A DNA stretch of 64,000 nucleotides from Candidatus Zhuqueibacterota bacterium (GCA_049322915.1 JBMOPW010000014.1:509527-573526); one strand, 5' to 3'. Counted from the first letter of the stretch, positions 28,911-38,715 are shown. Numbers and translations: made by a program. The notes: generated from the sequence alone by a model not told the origin.

Positions 28911-29276
28911 ATGATAGAAAAATACGAGCGAGTACCTGAATGGCTGAGGTGGATACTATTGTTGCCGCTGTGCATCATATTTTCTTTTCTCGCTATCTTG
29001 CTTCTATCCCTTTTAAGAGATGACTTTGTTCTCATTCATTCCATTGTCGCCATTGTCAGTTTTGCAGTCGCAATCTACACACTTGCGCCCAGATGGAAAA
29101 GCGGTCTTGTTATGACTTCCCTGATTCTCCGCATGGTTTTCTCTATCGCCATGGTATCCCTGATATTCTTCCTCGGGGAAACCCCTGACCGGACAACATG
29201 GTATGAGATGGGACGAGAGGTCTTGGGGTGGATTGCTGGCTGGACTCTGTACTTCTCCATATTCAGGAATAGGTGA
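28911..29276 (+). CDS. small multi-pass membrane protein (cassette gene)
   Basis: About four hydrophobic segments; RBS directly after an attC R' box. Confidence 0.7.
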   Translation: MIEKYERVPEWLRWILLLPLCIIFSFLAILLLSLLRDDFVLIHSIVAIVSFAVAIYTLAPRWKSGLVMTSLILRMVFSIAMVSLIFFLGETPDRTTWYEMGREVLGWIAGWTLYFSIFRNR

Positions 29277-29280
29277 TCAT

Positions 29281-29616
29281 ATGTGTGAGAGACGGACGTG
29301 GACAGTCATCTGGAAGCCGCAAAGTGTTGCCATCCTTAGCTTAGTCTGGGCGTTTTATCCGGGCACTCCCTATGAGTACTACATTTTGCTTCGCTGGGTC
29401 TCTTGTGGGGTCTTCGCGTTCTTGGCTTTCAAGGCACTTGATGCTAAACAGCAAGGCTGGATTTGGGTGCTCGGGATAACAGCCGCAGTCTACAACCCTA
29501 TCATCCGCTTGCATCTCACTAAAGAGATATGGTCTTTCGTCAATGTTGTTACAATCGGAATCGCAGTGGCATCGGTTTTTGCTCTCAGGATCAAGAATGG
29601 GAGAGACTCTGCCTAA
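29281..29616 (+). CDS. DUF6804-like membrane protein (cassette gene)
   Basis: PYEYYILLRWV and YNPIIRLHL..EIW motifs; the TAA stop lies inside the R'' box GCCTAAC. Confidence 0.65.
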   Translation: MCERRTWTVIWKPQSVAILSLVWAFYPGTPYEYYILLRWVSCGVFAFLAFKALDAKQQGWIWVLGITAAVYNPIIRLHLTKEIWSFVNVVTIGIAVASVFALRIKNGRDSA

Positions 29617-29682
29617 CAAATCGCTGCACCGGACGGTAAAAACGCTGCGCGTTTTTCACGCCGGTTAGCTCAAGCGTTACCC
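29611..29682 (+). repeat. attC site (last of the array)
   Basis: Perfect R'' GCCTAAC; GCTGCACCGGACG pairs with CGCCGGTTAGC; AAAAACGC-TGC-GCGTTTTT apical stem; R' GTTACCC. Confidence 0.85.
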
Positions 29683-29893
29683 AGCCGAACTTCAAAATTG
29701 ACTTTGAAAAATATAACTTAACCAGTCATTCTTGAAATTTATCCGGAGCGAGATGCCTTTAGACATCGAAGCGCATAAAGGCGATGCCCTCCATGGAAAC
29801 ATTTTATTATAGACCTTTCACCTCGTTTCATTTTAGTTGTTACGTGCCCCGAGAGAGGCATTAAAAATTTGATATTTGGAAAGTCATTTTCCT

Positions 29894-31291
29894 ATGATCC
29901 CAATTCCGGAAAAATTTGTCGCACGACTGGAGCAGGCCATTGGCGCGAAGTACGTGTCGGCGGAACAGGAGCGGCTGGAGGCCTATAATTTCGACGGAAC
30001 CGAGTCCCGATTTCTGCCGGGACTCGTGGTTGAGCCGGATACGGCGGACCAGATTTCAGCGCTGATGAAACTGGCCAGCGAATTCAATGTGCCGGTGATT
30101 CCCCGCGGGGCCGGCACCGGATTGAGCGGCGGCGCTCTGGCCGTGAATGGCGGCGTCATTTTGTCCAGCTTGCGAATGAGCAGAATTCTGGAAATCAATG
30201 AAGTCGATATGATCGCCAGGGTCCAGCCGGGCGTCATCAATCTCCATCTGCATGAAGCAGTCGAGGAAAAAGGGCTGTATTATCCGCCGGACCCGGCCAG
30301 TTACGAAACATCGTCCATTGGCGGGAATATCGCCGAGGACGCCGGCGGGCCGCATTGCTACAAATACGGAACCACGCGGGACTATGTGCTGGGGATGAAG
30401 GTCGTGCTGCCGGACGGGACAATGCTGGCGACCGGGGTTCAAACCAGAAAAGGCGTGGTGGGATATGATCTGGCCGATCTCATCATCGGCTCGGAAGGCA
30501 CGCTGGCTGTTGTCACCGAAGCCACGTTGCGATTGATTCCATTGCCGGCAAAGGTGGTCACGCTGCTGGCGTTCTTCCCGGATATTCATTCGTTGACGGC
30601 AAGTCTTGCCGGAATTACCCGGGCCAGGATTGTGCCGGCAGCTCTGGAATTTCTTGACCCTGCCTGCGTGGACGTGATTCGCAACCGCATTCCCATCAAT
30701 CTGCCGCAAGCGACCTCATCGCTGCTGCTCATCGATCTGGACGGCGAGCCTGAAGCGCTGGATCGGCACATTGAAATCGTCGGAGAAATTTGTATGGAGC
30801 ATTTGGCCGATGATGTGCTGATTGCGGAGAGTTCCACCAAACGAAAGGGACTGTGGGATGTGCGGCGCAAGCTGCGGGACGTCATCAAAGAACAGGTCGC
30901 CTTCAAACGGGGCGAGGATGTGACCGTTCCCATCCATGCCATACCAGCGCTGATTGAGGGGTGTTCCCTGATCTCGAAAAAATTTGGGCTGGATAATTAC
31001 AATTTCGGTCATCTGGGCGATGGCAATGTGCACGTGAACCTGACGCATCCGGAGAAGAACGAGCGCATTGTCAACCTGGGAGAACTGGCTGCTGAGGAAA
31101 TTTTCAGGTTGACGCTGGAACTGGGCGGCACAATTTCCGGGGAGCATGGCATTGGCATTTTGAAAAAGCCATTCATCGGCCTGGAATTGTCGCCGCGCTC
31201 CCTTGAACTGCAACGCGCCATCAAACGGGTGTTCGATCCCAAAAACATTTTAAATCCGGGGAAGATATTTCCAGATCCGATGGGAAAATGA
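29894..31291 (+). CDS. glcD: FAD-linked oxidase, GlcD/D-2-hydroxyacid dehydrogenase family (paralog 1)
   Basis: PRGAGTGLSGGA, YPPDPAS, SIGGNIAEDAGG, GSEGTLA, GHLGDGNVH, ISGEHGIG, NPGKI. Confidence 0.85.
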   Translation: MIPIPEKFVARLEQAIGAKYVSAEQERLEAYNFDGTESRFLPGLVVEPDTADQISALMKLASEFNVPVIPRGAGTGLSGGALAVNGGVILSSLRMSRILEINEVDMIARVQPGVINLHLHEAVEEKGLYYPPDPASYETSSIGGNIAEDAGGPHCYKYGTTRDYVLGMKVVLPDGTMLATGVQTRKGVVGYDLADLIIGSEGTLAVVTEATLRLIPLPAKVVTLLAFFPDIHSLTASLAGITRARIVPAALEFLDPACVDVIRNRIPINLPQATSSLLLIDLDGEPEALDRHIEIVGEICMEHLADDVLIAESSTKRKGLWDVRRKLRDVIKEQVAFKRGEDVTVPIHAIPALIEGCSLISKKFGLDNYNFGHLGDGNVHVNLTHPEKNERIVNLGELAAEEIFRLTLELGGTISGEHGIGILKKPFIGLELSPRSLELQRAIKRVFDPKNILNPGKIFPDPMGK

Positions 31292-31384
31292 GGCGGAAAG
31301 AAAAAGCCCCGGAAGCCTGCAAGACAACTTCTCTGGAAATTAACCAGCGTCGTCCCGCCAGATTCCGGGGCGGAAAATCGAAAC

Positions 31385-31891
31385 CTATCGTAGCATGAGA
31401 TTGATACCGGCCAGCAGCGAGAAGTAATCCTGTTTTTCGAAGAAAGTCCAGCGAGCTTCAATGTAGGGCGAAATAGGCTTGACCGGCCCGCCGAAATTGA
31501 GACCGAGCAACACATTCCCGCCGAATTTCTCCTTCTGATCGGAAGTGAGATACTGCGCTGCCACGCCGGCGCCGAAGAACATGGGGCCCCGGGGACGTGG
31601 CTTGAACAGAAAATCGCCGTTGAATTGCCACTGTTTGTATTTTTCGTCGGTGAAGAAGTATTCAAATCCGGGGACAAAATTCCAGAAAATCCCCATGGGT
31701 AGCCAGAAGTGAGCGCCGGCAAAGTAGTTGTCATTTTCAAAATCATTGCCGAACCGAACGCCGATCGCTGACGCCGGCTGGAATCGCGTTGGCTGGGGGA
31801 ATCGCCGGCCGCGCGGTTGCGCGCTCACCGCATTGATGAGAATGACCAGACTTAATACTGTTAAACCCAAACGGATGATGGTGTTCTTCAT
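31385..31891 (-). CDS. small exported protein, probable outer-membrane beta-barrel
   Basis: Signal peptide, alternating aromatic/Gly beta-strand pattern, AGGAG RBS. Confidence 0.6.
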   Translation of the reverse strand: MKNTIIRLGLTVLSLVILINAVSAQPRGRRFPQPTRFQPASAIGVRFGNDFENDNYFAGAHFWLPMGIFWNFVPGFEYFFTDEKYKQWQFNGDFLFKPRPRGPMFFGAGVAAQYLTSDQKEKFGGNVLLGLNFGGPVKPISPYIEARWTFFEKQDYFSLLAGINLMLR

Positions 31892-32559
31892 GGTAGTTGC
31901 TCCTGTAAAGAAGTTATGTTCAGGATGAAGAGGCTTTCGACCATGGGTGAAACGCCTCCCCGCAAATTTGCCAGATGATGGATGACGGTCGTGGAAAAAT
32001 CCAGCGCAGCATCGTCTCCAACTTGAATTGCCTCTGTGTTCACCCAGTCATTTTACAAACCCCGTTCCATAAAAGTGGAGGTCATCCGCGGTCAGGCGCA
32101 TTGCCTCCGAATTTCAGCGGACTCAGAAATTGCTCAAAATGTTGTGGAATGATTTTTCTCGACATACAAGATATTGAAAGCAGCCGGCAGAGGTGAAGGG
32201 TCGTCGGGAATTCATGCCTGTTTTTTGATCTGAAAAATCACCTTTCTGTCCCTGTGCGTACAGAAAAAGTGTACGCCGCAGGCCGGTTCGGTTCAATTCT
32301 CATGGCGCGGGACCATTGGCATTGTCGGGCGCCGGGATTTTGTGTCAGGCCGGAGTGGCTTTGAAAAACGCCCGAAAGAAGCTCTGTCCGTTGGTGAAGG
32401 AAGTTAAAATCATCAATGACAATTCTTAGATTGGATGCGCCGACATCGTTTGATTTCAGTCCGCCGCTGTGTGGCGTGGGCGAAAATTATGAAAATACTT
32501 CTTGTCAGAGAAAAAAAGTTATAGTATATTTCGATCTTTCAAAAATGCGCGGAACCAGG

Positions 32560-33960
32560 GTGGATAAATTGGAAAAAAAATTAGTCAAACAGTTGAGAAA
32601 AATATGCGGCGCGGACAAAGTGCTGACCGATTACCGCGACCGTGTATTTTATCAGTACGATGCGTCACTGGAAACCGGATTGCCGGATGCGGTTGTCTTT
32701 CCTGAGAGCACGGGGCAGGTTGCTGAAGTCGTGAAATTGTGTCGCGAGCGAAATGTGCCGCTGGTGGCTCGCGGTTCCGGGACAAATTTGAGCGGTGGCT
32801 CCGTGGCGATCTGGGGCGGAATTATCCTCCAGCTCTCCAGGATGAACCGAATTCTGGAAATCGATGTGGCGAATCACTGCGCTGTGGTGGAAGCCGGCGT
32901 CTACAATCAGGATCTGCAGGATGCGCTGGCGCCGCACGGATTTTACTTCGCCCCGGACCCGGCCAGCATGCGCGTTTCTACGATTGGCGGCAACATCGCT
33001 GAGAATGCCGGCGGTCCGCACTGTCTGAAATACGGCGTGACGTTCAATCATGTCCTCGGGATGGAACTCGTCACCTCAGACGGGGAGGTGATTCAGCTCG
33101 GCGGCAAGGCGTACGACTATCCCGGCTACGATCTGATGGGTTTGCTCATTGGTTCGGAAGGCACGCTGGGCATTATCACACAGGCCACGCTGAAAATTAT
33201 TCCGCTGCCGGAGAACGTTAAAACCATGCTGGCCATTTTCAACAGCATGGAACAGGCGGCGCACACCGTGACCGATATTATTGCCCGCGGCATCATTCCG
33301 GCCACGCTGGAGATGATGGACAAGCCGATCATTCAGACCGTGGAAGCGACCCATCACCTGGGCTATCCGGCAGACGCCGAGGCCATTTTGTTGCTGGAAT
33401 TGGACGGCCCGGCGGTCGGCATGGATGATCAGGCCGAGGAGATCATGGCCATTTGTCGGCAAAACGGATCCCGAAGCATTGAAGTAGCCCAAACCTCTCG
33501 GCAGCGCGATTCCCTCTGGCAGGGGCGCCGGCTTTCGTTTGGTTCGCTGGCCATGCTTGAGCCATCCATCATGATCGCCGATGGCACAGTCCCCCGCAGC
33601 AAGGTGCCGGCGGTTCTGACCAAAGTGATGGAAATCTGCAATCGATATAACCTCAAGGTCGGCAATGTCTTTCATGCCGGCGATGGCAATCTCCATCCGT
33701 TCATTGTTTTTGATGATCGCAACGCGACAGAAAAAGCGAAAGTCATACGGGCCAGTGAAGAAATTCTCGAAGAGTGCATTCGGGTGGGCGGCACAATCAG
33801 CGGAGAGCACGGGATTGGGCTGGAGAAAAAGCCATCCATGAAGGTGCTTTTTAACGGGACAGAACTCCGGGCGATGCAACAGATGAAGCAGGTATTCGAT
33901 CCGGAGGATTTTCTCAATCCCAATAAAATTTTCCCGGTAACTGAGAAAGATAGTATTTAA
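32560..33960 (+). CDS. glcD: glycolate oxidase subunit GlcD (paralog 2)
   Basis: RGSGTNLSGGS, FAPDPAS, IAENAGGPHCLKYGVT, FHAGDGNLHP, ISGEHGIG; start uncertain (32545/32560); TTGTCA-N17-TATATT at 32502-32530. Confidence 0.9.
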   Translation: MDKLEKKLVKQLRKICGADKVLTDYRDRVFYQYDASLETGLPDAVVFPESTGQVAEVVKLCRERNVPLVARGSGTNLSGGSVAIWGGIILQLSRMNRILEIDVANHCAVVEAGVYNQDLQDALAPHGFYFAPDPASMRVSTIGGNIAENAGGPHCLKYGVTFNHVLGMELVTSDGEVIQLGGKAYDYPGYDLMGLLIGSEGTLGIITQATLKIIPLPENVKTMLAIFNSMEQAAHTVTDIIARGIIPATLEMMDKPIIQTVEATHHLGYPADAEAILLLELDGPAVGMDDQAEEIMAICRQNGSRSIEVAQTSRQRDSLWQGRRLSFGSLAMLEPSIMIADGTVPRSKVPAVLTKVMEICNRYNLKVGNVFHAGDGNLHPFIVFDDRNATEKAKVIRASEEILEECIRVGGTISGEHGIGLEKKPSMKVLFNGTELRAMQQMKQVFDPEDFLNPNKIFPVTEKDSI

Positions 33961-34117
33961 CCTGAATTATTCATGAATTCTACAATAGCCCAACTTAACA
34001 TTATGTTTTCATAATGTGTGAATGTGTATGCAAAATCAAACTCAGTTTTATATTCGAATTTTAAATTTATGCACCATTCAGGTTATCCCGCTTCCTTTAA
34101 AAATACAATGAATAATG

Positions 34118-34384
34118 GTAACCGATCACAGGGATTGAATGTTGTCAGGAGTTTTATTGACAGGATAACAGGATCGAAAGGATTTACAGGATAAATTTCT
34201 GGCGTTTTATGTCTAATAAACATAGACAATGGCTTCTCTGATAGCCTTGCCTGTTTCTTGAACAAAGATCACTTGACTATCAGACCCGTGCCTTGATCAA
34301 CGAGACAAAAACCTAGATCAATTATCCTGTCCATCCTTAACATCCTGTTATCCTGTCAGCTTTTGCATCCCTGTGATCGGTTAC
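34118..34384. mobile_element. MITE-like element (267 bp) with IS66-like ends and a nested inverted repeat
   Basis: Perfect 18-bp TIR GTAACCGATCACAGGGAT / ATCCCTGTGATCGGTTAC; internal TGACAGGATAACAGGAT / ATCCTGTTATCCTGTCA; no clear target duplication. Confidence 0.7.
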
Positions 34385-34447
34385 AACGGATGCACGCCTG
34401 GTCCCGAAACGAAAACATCGTGCTGAAATTAAGGTGATCTAACAAAT

Positions 34448-35782
34448 ATGGGTGAAAGAGTGATTCCCCAAAGCGGACATAGTGATAGAATCAGTACCCC
34501 GGAGGAACTGGCCAGATTTGAAATCGCGGGCAGAGCCGCATCGCAGTTGCTCTACCCTGAGGATAATGCGCAGGTCGCTGAAATATTGACCGCAGCGACC
34601 CGGGAAGGCAGAAAAGTGCTCATCGCCGGGAACAACAGCCAGCGCGATATTGGCGCCGCGATCGAGCGACCTGACTGGGTCATTTCCGTGACGAAAATGA
34701 ACTCGGTCGTAGAACATGATGTGGCGGATCTCATTGTCACGGTTCAGGCCGGCGCGCGACTGCCGTTCATGCAGAATTATCTCAGAAAATCGAATCAGCA
34801 ATTGTCACTGGAAATCCCTGGAGCGGAGGCCCGCACACTCGGAGGTATTGTGGCGACGAACAGTCCGAATGTCTGGCATTCTAGCTACGGCGGCTGTCGC
34901 GATTCAGTCCTGGGTATGAAAGTTGTCTTGCCCGATGGAAGTCTGATCCGCGCCGGGGGCAAGACGGTGAAAAATGTCGCCGGCTATGATTTGAGCAAGC
35001 TTTTCATCGGCACGTTCGGCACGCTGGGTGCGATTACTGAAGTCACCTTCAAATTGTCGCCCATCCCGGCCAGCCGTCAATCGCTCATCGTGGCGTTCGA
35101 TCAGGTTGCTGACGCGTTTTCATTTTCTCAAAAAATTTCCGCAATGAATTTTATAATCAGTCGATATGAATATTATAATCGCGCCTGCGCAGCGACAAAG
35201 TTGAAAGGTCTGATTTCCTCGCCGCAACAACATGGGGTGATTCTGACTGTGATCGGCCATCCGGCCATGGTGCAGGACAGCTCCGGTCGAATCAGAGACA
35301 TTGCCTCCGGGCATGGCGCTGTGGCTGTTCGCGCCATGACCGGGAGCGAGGAAGAATTCCTGCCGAAGCGAATTGCTGAAAATGGAATCACCTCCCACGA
35401 AGCGAATGTCAGGTTCAGCGTGCGCATCAGCGTTCCCAAAGCGAAACTGGCCGAGGCGGCGGCGGTCATCGAAGAGTTCGCCGGACAGCAGAATCTGACC
35501 GCGGCCATCCAGGCTCACATGTTCAGCGGCGTTCTGGACGCTGCATTTACGGCGCAGGAGGTGACTGGTGCTATTTTTCAGCCAATCTACCTGGAGTCGA
35601 TCCGGGAGAAAATCGCTGCGCTGCACGGATCGGTGACCGGGCTGCTCCTGCCTCTGGAACATCGAACGCCGGAGATGGTCTGGGGAAAGACCGGCGGTCA
35701 TTTCGGGCTGATGGCCGCAATCAAAAAGAAATACGACCCGAATGGCATTTTGGTCGCCGGCAGATTCGTCGGCGGGCTGTGA
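34448..35782 (+). CDS. glcE: glycolate oxidase FAD subunit GlcE
   Basis: TLGGIVATN, GGKTVKNVAGYDLSKLFIGTFGTLG, IKKKYDPNGIL..GRF. Confidence 0.85.
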   Translation: MGERVIPQSGHSDRISTPEELARFEIAGRAASQLLYPEDNAQVAEILTAATREGRKVLIAGNNSQRDIGAAIERPDWVISVTKMNSVVEHDVADLIVTVQAGARLPFMQNYLRKSNQQLSLEIPGAEARTLGGIVATNSPNVWHSSYGGCRDSVLGMKVVLPDGSLIRAGGKTVKNVAGYDLSKLFIGTFGTLGAITEVTFKLSPIPASRQSLIVAFDQVADAFSFSQKISAMNFIISRYEYYNRACAATKLKGLISSPQQHGVILTVIGHPAMVQDSSGRIRDIASGHGAVAVRAMTGSEEEFLPKRIAENGITSHEANVRFSVRISVPKAKLAEAAAVIEEFAGQQNLTAAIQAHMFSGVLDAAFTAQEVTGAIFQPIYLESIREKIAALHGSVTGLLLPLEHRTPEMVWGKTGGHFGLMAAIKKKYDPNGILVAGRFVGGL

Positions 35783-36009
35783 CAGGTCACCGATGAATTC
35801 GGGCACAATGGCCTTTTCGCTAGATTGAAAAGAGAGCCCTGTTTTCGAAGAGCGGACTTCAGGTTCTTTGTAATAATGGCCCACATTAGCATTTCTAAAA
35901 TCACCCGAACCGTGAGCGATATTTCTGAAATACCTTACGAATAAGCAACACGATAAATCAACTGGTATCCATTACCGAACAATTGAACTGCAATCGAGGA
36001 GCTTCAGCT

Positions 36010-36732
36010 ATGGGAAACAAAATCAGGATTATGGTATTGGTTTTTTTGATGTTTAGTTCGATGCATCTTTTCGCTCAGTCGTTTGAAGGGAGCATTTCTC
36101 AGAAAGAGACCAACAAAATGGTCGGAGAAGAACCCGATGTCACGATGAGTACGGTTCACGTGAAAAATAATATGATCTGTATGGAAGACGGCAAGGGCAA
36201 TTCCTATATCGTCCGTCCCGAGAAAAATGTCATGTGGCTGGTGTTGAACGAGCAGAAGGCGTATGTTGAAATGGATTTCGATTCATCCATGCCCAGGGAC
36301 ATTCCCGACGATATAGTGGAAGAAGACGAAGTGAAGCCAACTCTGAAGAAAACCGGTGTGACGAAAATGATCAATGGCTTTCAATGCGAACAGGTGATTG
36401 AAAGCAATGAAACCGGAAATGAGGTTGCTGAGTACTGGGTCACAAACAAGAAGTCGCTCAAAGAAGTGCTCATCTCCCTTTCGAACGTCATGGCGAATGT
36501 CATTGGCGATGATTCCGAGTCCGGGGTCCACGGGAATGCATCTGAGTTGGACGGCATCCCGATTTTGACAATCACGCGGTTCTTCGATTCGGAAAACATC
36601 AGCGAGATTTTGAGCATCGTTGAAAAACCGGTTCCGGATGACAAATTCAATATCCCGGCCGGCTATAAAAAAATCACGCTGGAGGATATGATCCGGAAAG
36701 AGATGGAAGACATGAGCAAATTTGATGGCTAA
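36010..36732 (+). CDS. exported DUF4412-like protein
   Basis: GAGGAG RBS, signal peptide, KKTGVTKMINGFQCEQ, EYWVT, DDKFNIPAGYKK. Confidence 0.7.
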   Translation: MGNKIRIMVLVFLMFSSMHLFAQSFEGSISQKETNKMVGEEPDVTMSTVHVKNNMICMEDGKGNSYIVRPEKNVMWLVLNEQKAYVEMDFDSSMPRDIPDDIVEEDEVKPTLKKTGVTKMINGFQCEQVIESNETGNEVAEYWVTNKKSLKEVLISLSNVMANVIGDDSESGVHGNASELDGIPILTITRFFDSENISEILSIVEKPVPDDKFNIPAGYKKITLEDMIRKEMEDMSKFDG

Positions 36733-36878
36733 TCCTAATCCATGGATCATGTCGTGAAATATTTTTTGCCCTTTGTAGTAATTTGATTTTGGGAAATACA
36801 AATGAGCATTTCAGAGGTGCTGGTTTTTCGGGAGAACGAAATTTTTCCATCCATTGGAGTTTTGCCGCGAGAGAAGAA

Positions 36879-38153
36879 ATGACCGAACGCGAACTGGAAA
36901 TTTTAGGGGAGCAAGCGTATCAGGAGGCGATCCGTTGCATTCGCTGCGGGTATTGTCAACCGACCTGTCCGACATACGTTGTGACCGGCATCGAGCATTC
37001 TGTGGCGCGCGGTCGGAATTATCTGGCGCGAAAGATCTACGAAAAAGAAATCCCCCTGACAAAAGATTTCAAAGATCCCATTTTCGAATGCCTGCTGTGT
37101 GGGGCATGCAACACGAACTGCGCGCCGGTGGTGAAGACGCAGCAGATCATGGCTGCGGCGCGCGCCATGTACATTCATACATTTGGCCAGCCGCCGCTGC
37201 AGCGGTTTGTTTTCAATGAACTGCTGCCAAATCCGCGACGAATGACCCGACTGATGAAACTGGCGTCGCTGGGAAAGCGTTCGGGAATATCCGGACTGGC
37301 GCAGGCATTGCGGGTGTTCAAATGGATCGGGAAGAATATTGCCAATGCCGAAGGTTTGCTTAAGACGCTGCCCGGGAAATTCCTTCGCGAACGATTGACA
37401 GAGATACAATTTCCCGCCCGGGATAGCAATTTGAAAATAGGCTATTTTGTGGGATGCGGCATCAATTACGCATTCCCCGACGTCGGGCTGGCGACGCTCC
37501 ACTATTTGACGCGAAATAAGTATTCCGTCGAAGTGCTGGAAAATCTGTGCTGCGGACTGCCTGCCTCCGGGTACGGCGACGTGGCCGCCGCAAAACGAAT
37601 GGCGCAGCGGAATATCGAAATCGTTGAAAAATCCGGCTGCGACATTGTGGTCAGTGAATGCGGAAGCTGCTCGTCGTTTCTGAGCGAGTACGTCCATCTC
37701 CTGGCCGGCGAGCCGGCTTGGGAGCGCCGCGCGCAGGAGTTCTCCAGGCGGGTCATGGACATCAATGTGTTCCTGACGCAGTTTCCGCGCGCGCGGGAAT
37801 TGAAGGCCACACAGGCTATTGTGACCTATCACGATCCGTGTCATCTGGGACATTACATGAAAATCAAGGAACAGCCGCGTCAACTGCTCCAGCAGATTGA
37901 GGGGATCGAATTTCGCGAAATGGCTGAAGCGGATTGGTGCTGCGGAGGCGCCGGTACGTACAACATCGCGCATTATGATTTGTCCATGAAAATCCTCAAA
38001 CGGAAGATTGAAAACGTGAGGCGAACCGAAGCGTCGGTGCTGACGTCGTCCTGCCCCGGGTGTTTGATTCAGCTTTCCTATGGCATCCGAAAGTACAATC
38101 ACAACGCCCAGGTGAAGCATATTATCCAGATTCTCAATGAGTCACTGGAATGA
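36879..38153 (+). CDS. glcF: glycolate oxidase Fe-S subunit GlcF
   Basis: Two 4Fe-4S motifs (CIRCGYCQPTCP, CLLCGACNTNC) and two CCG domains (YHDPCHL, CCGGAGTY, SCPGC). Confidence 0.9.
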   Translation: MTERELEILGEQAYQEAIRCIRCGYCQPTCPTYVVTGIEHSVARGRNYLARKIYEKEIPLTKDFKDPIFECLLCGACNTNCAPVVKTQQIMAAARAMYIHTFGQPPLQRFVFNELLPNPRRMTRLMKLASLGKRSGISGLAQALRVFKWIGKNIANAEGLLKTLPGKFLRERLTEIQFPARDSNLKIGYFVGCGINYAFPDVGLATLHYLTRNKYSVEVLENLCCGLPASGYGDVAAAKRMAQRNIEIVEKSGCDIVVSECGSCSSFLSEYVHLLAGEPAWERRAQEFSRRVMDINVFLTQFPRARELKATQAIVTYHDPCHLGHYMKIKEQPRQLLQQIEGIEFREMAEADWCCGGAGTYNIAHYDLSMKILKRKIENVRRTEASVLTSSCPGCLIQLSYGIRKYNHNAQVKHIIQILNESLE

Positions 38154-38262
38154 TGAAAATGGGACAAATAGGCAATTCGGGGTTTTGTAGTTACCTGTTT
38201 TTATGAGATTAACCCCTGTAATAATTAACAGTGAATATTTTTATTTTGTTGAAAATTTATCC

Positions 38263-38291
38263 TTGCATTTCTCAAATTAATTTTTTATCTT
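38263..38291 (+). promoter_or_regulatory. promoter of the acidic microprotein gene
   Basis: TTGCAT-N17-TATCTT, about 50 nt upstream of ATG 38341. Confidence 0.55.
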
Positions 38292-38340
38292 TGCCCGTTA
38301 AATAAGAAATTTTCAGGCCTAAATATTTGAGGTTCAGACA

Positions 38341-38619
38341 ATGAAACATAACGAATTCGAAGAAATTAAAAAGGTAAATGACATGTTCAATTTCACCAAT
38401 GAAGAAGAAAATTGGGAAGAGTCTTCCTGGGAAGAGGAAGATTGGAGCGAAGAAGACGACGATGACTGGAGCGAGGAAGACGACGAAGACTGGGAAGATG
38501 AAGAAGAATGGGAAGATGATGAAGAAGAATGGGAAGACGAAGAAGAATGGTCAGACGAAGAAGAAGAATGGGAAGACGAAGAAGAATGGGAAAATGACGA
38601 CCCAATGAATTGGAATTAA
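38341..38619 (+). CDS. small, extremely acidic Trp-periodic low-complexity protein
   Basis: 92 aa with 54 D/E and 11 W; GAGGT RBS; own promoter and terminator; third-position variation among GAR/GAY codons supports this frame. Confidence 0.7.
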   Translation: MKHNEFEEIKKVNDMFNFTNEEENWEESSWEEEDWSEEDDDDWSEEDDEDWEDEEEWEDDEEEWEDEEEWSDEEEEWEDEEEWENDDPMNWN

Positions 38620-38682
38620 ACCAGGTTATCCAGGGTAGTTTGGCATATTGATAATTCAACCTTTTGTAACACATGAAAATTT

Positions 38683-38715
38683 AAAAGAAGGGCTTTGACG
38701 CCCTTCTTTTTTTTT
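38683..38715 (+). terminator. intrinsic terminator
   Basis: AAAAGAAGGGC-TTTGAC-GCCCTTCTTTT followed by a T-run. Confidence 0.85.

Larger units (their letters stand above)
25609..29682 (+). mobile_element. integron cassette array lacking an integrase (CALIN)
   Basis: Co-oriented short ORFs of heterogeneous base composition separated by attC-like imperfect palindromes at 26185, 27196, 27809, 28772 and 29611; no tyrosine recombinase in the window. Confidence 0.8.

Noticed and set aside
38400..38600. Short GAAGAAGAATGG repeats as a possible CRISPR array
   Set aside because: No unique spacers; the repeats are in-frame codons of the acidic protein; no cas genes
38378..38674. Alternative Lys-rich (+) and Leu-rich (-) ORFs over the acidic repeat
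   Set aside because: Shadow frames of the same repeat; RBS, promoter and third-position variation favour 38341..38619
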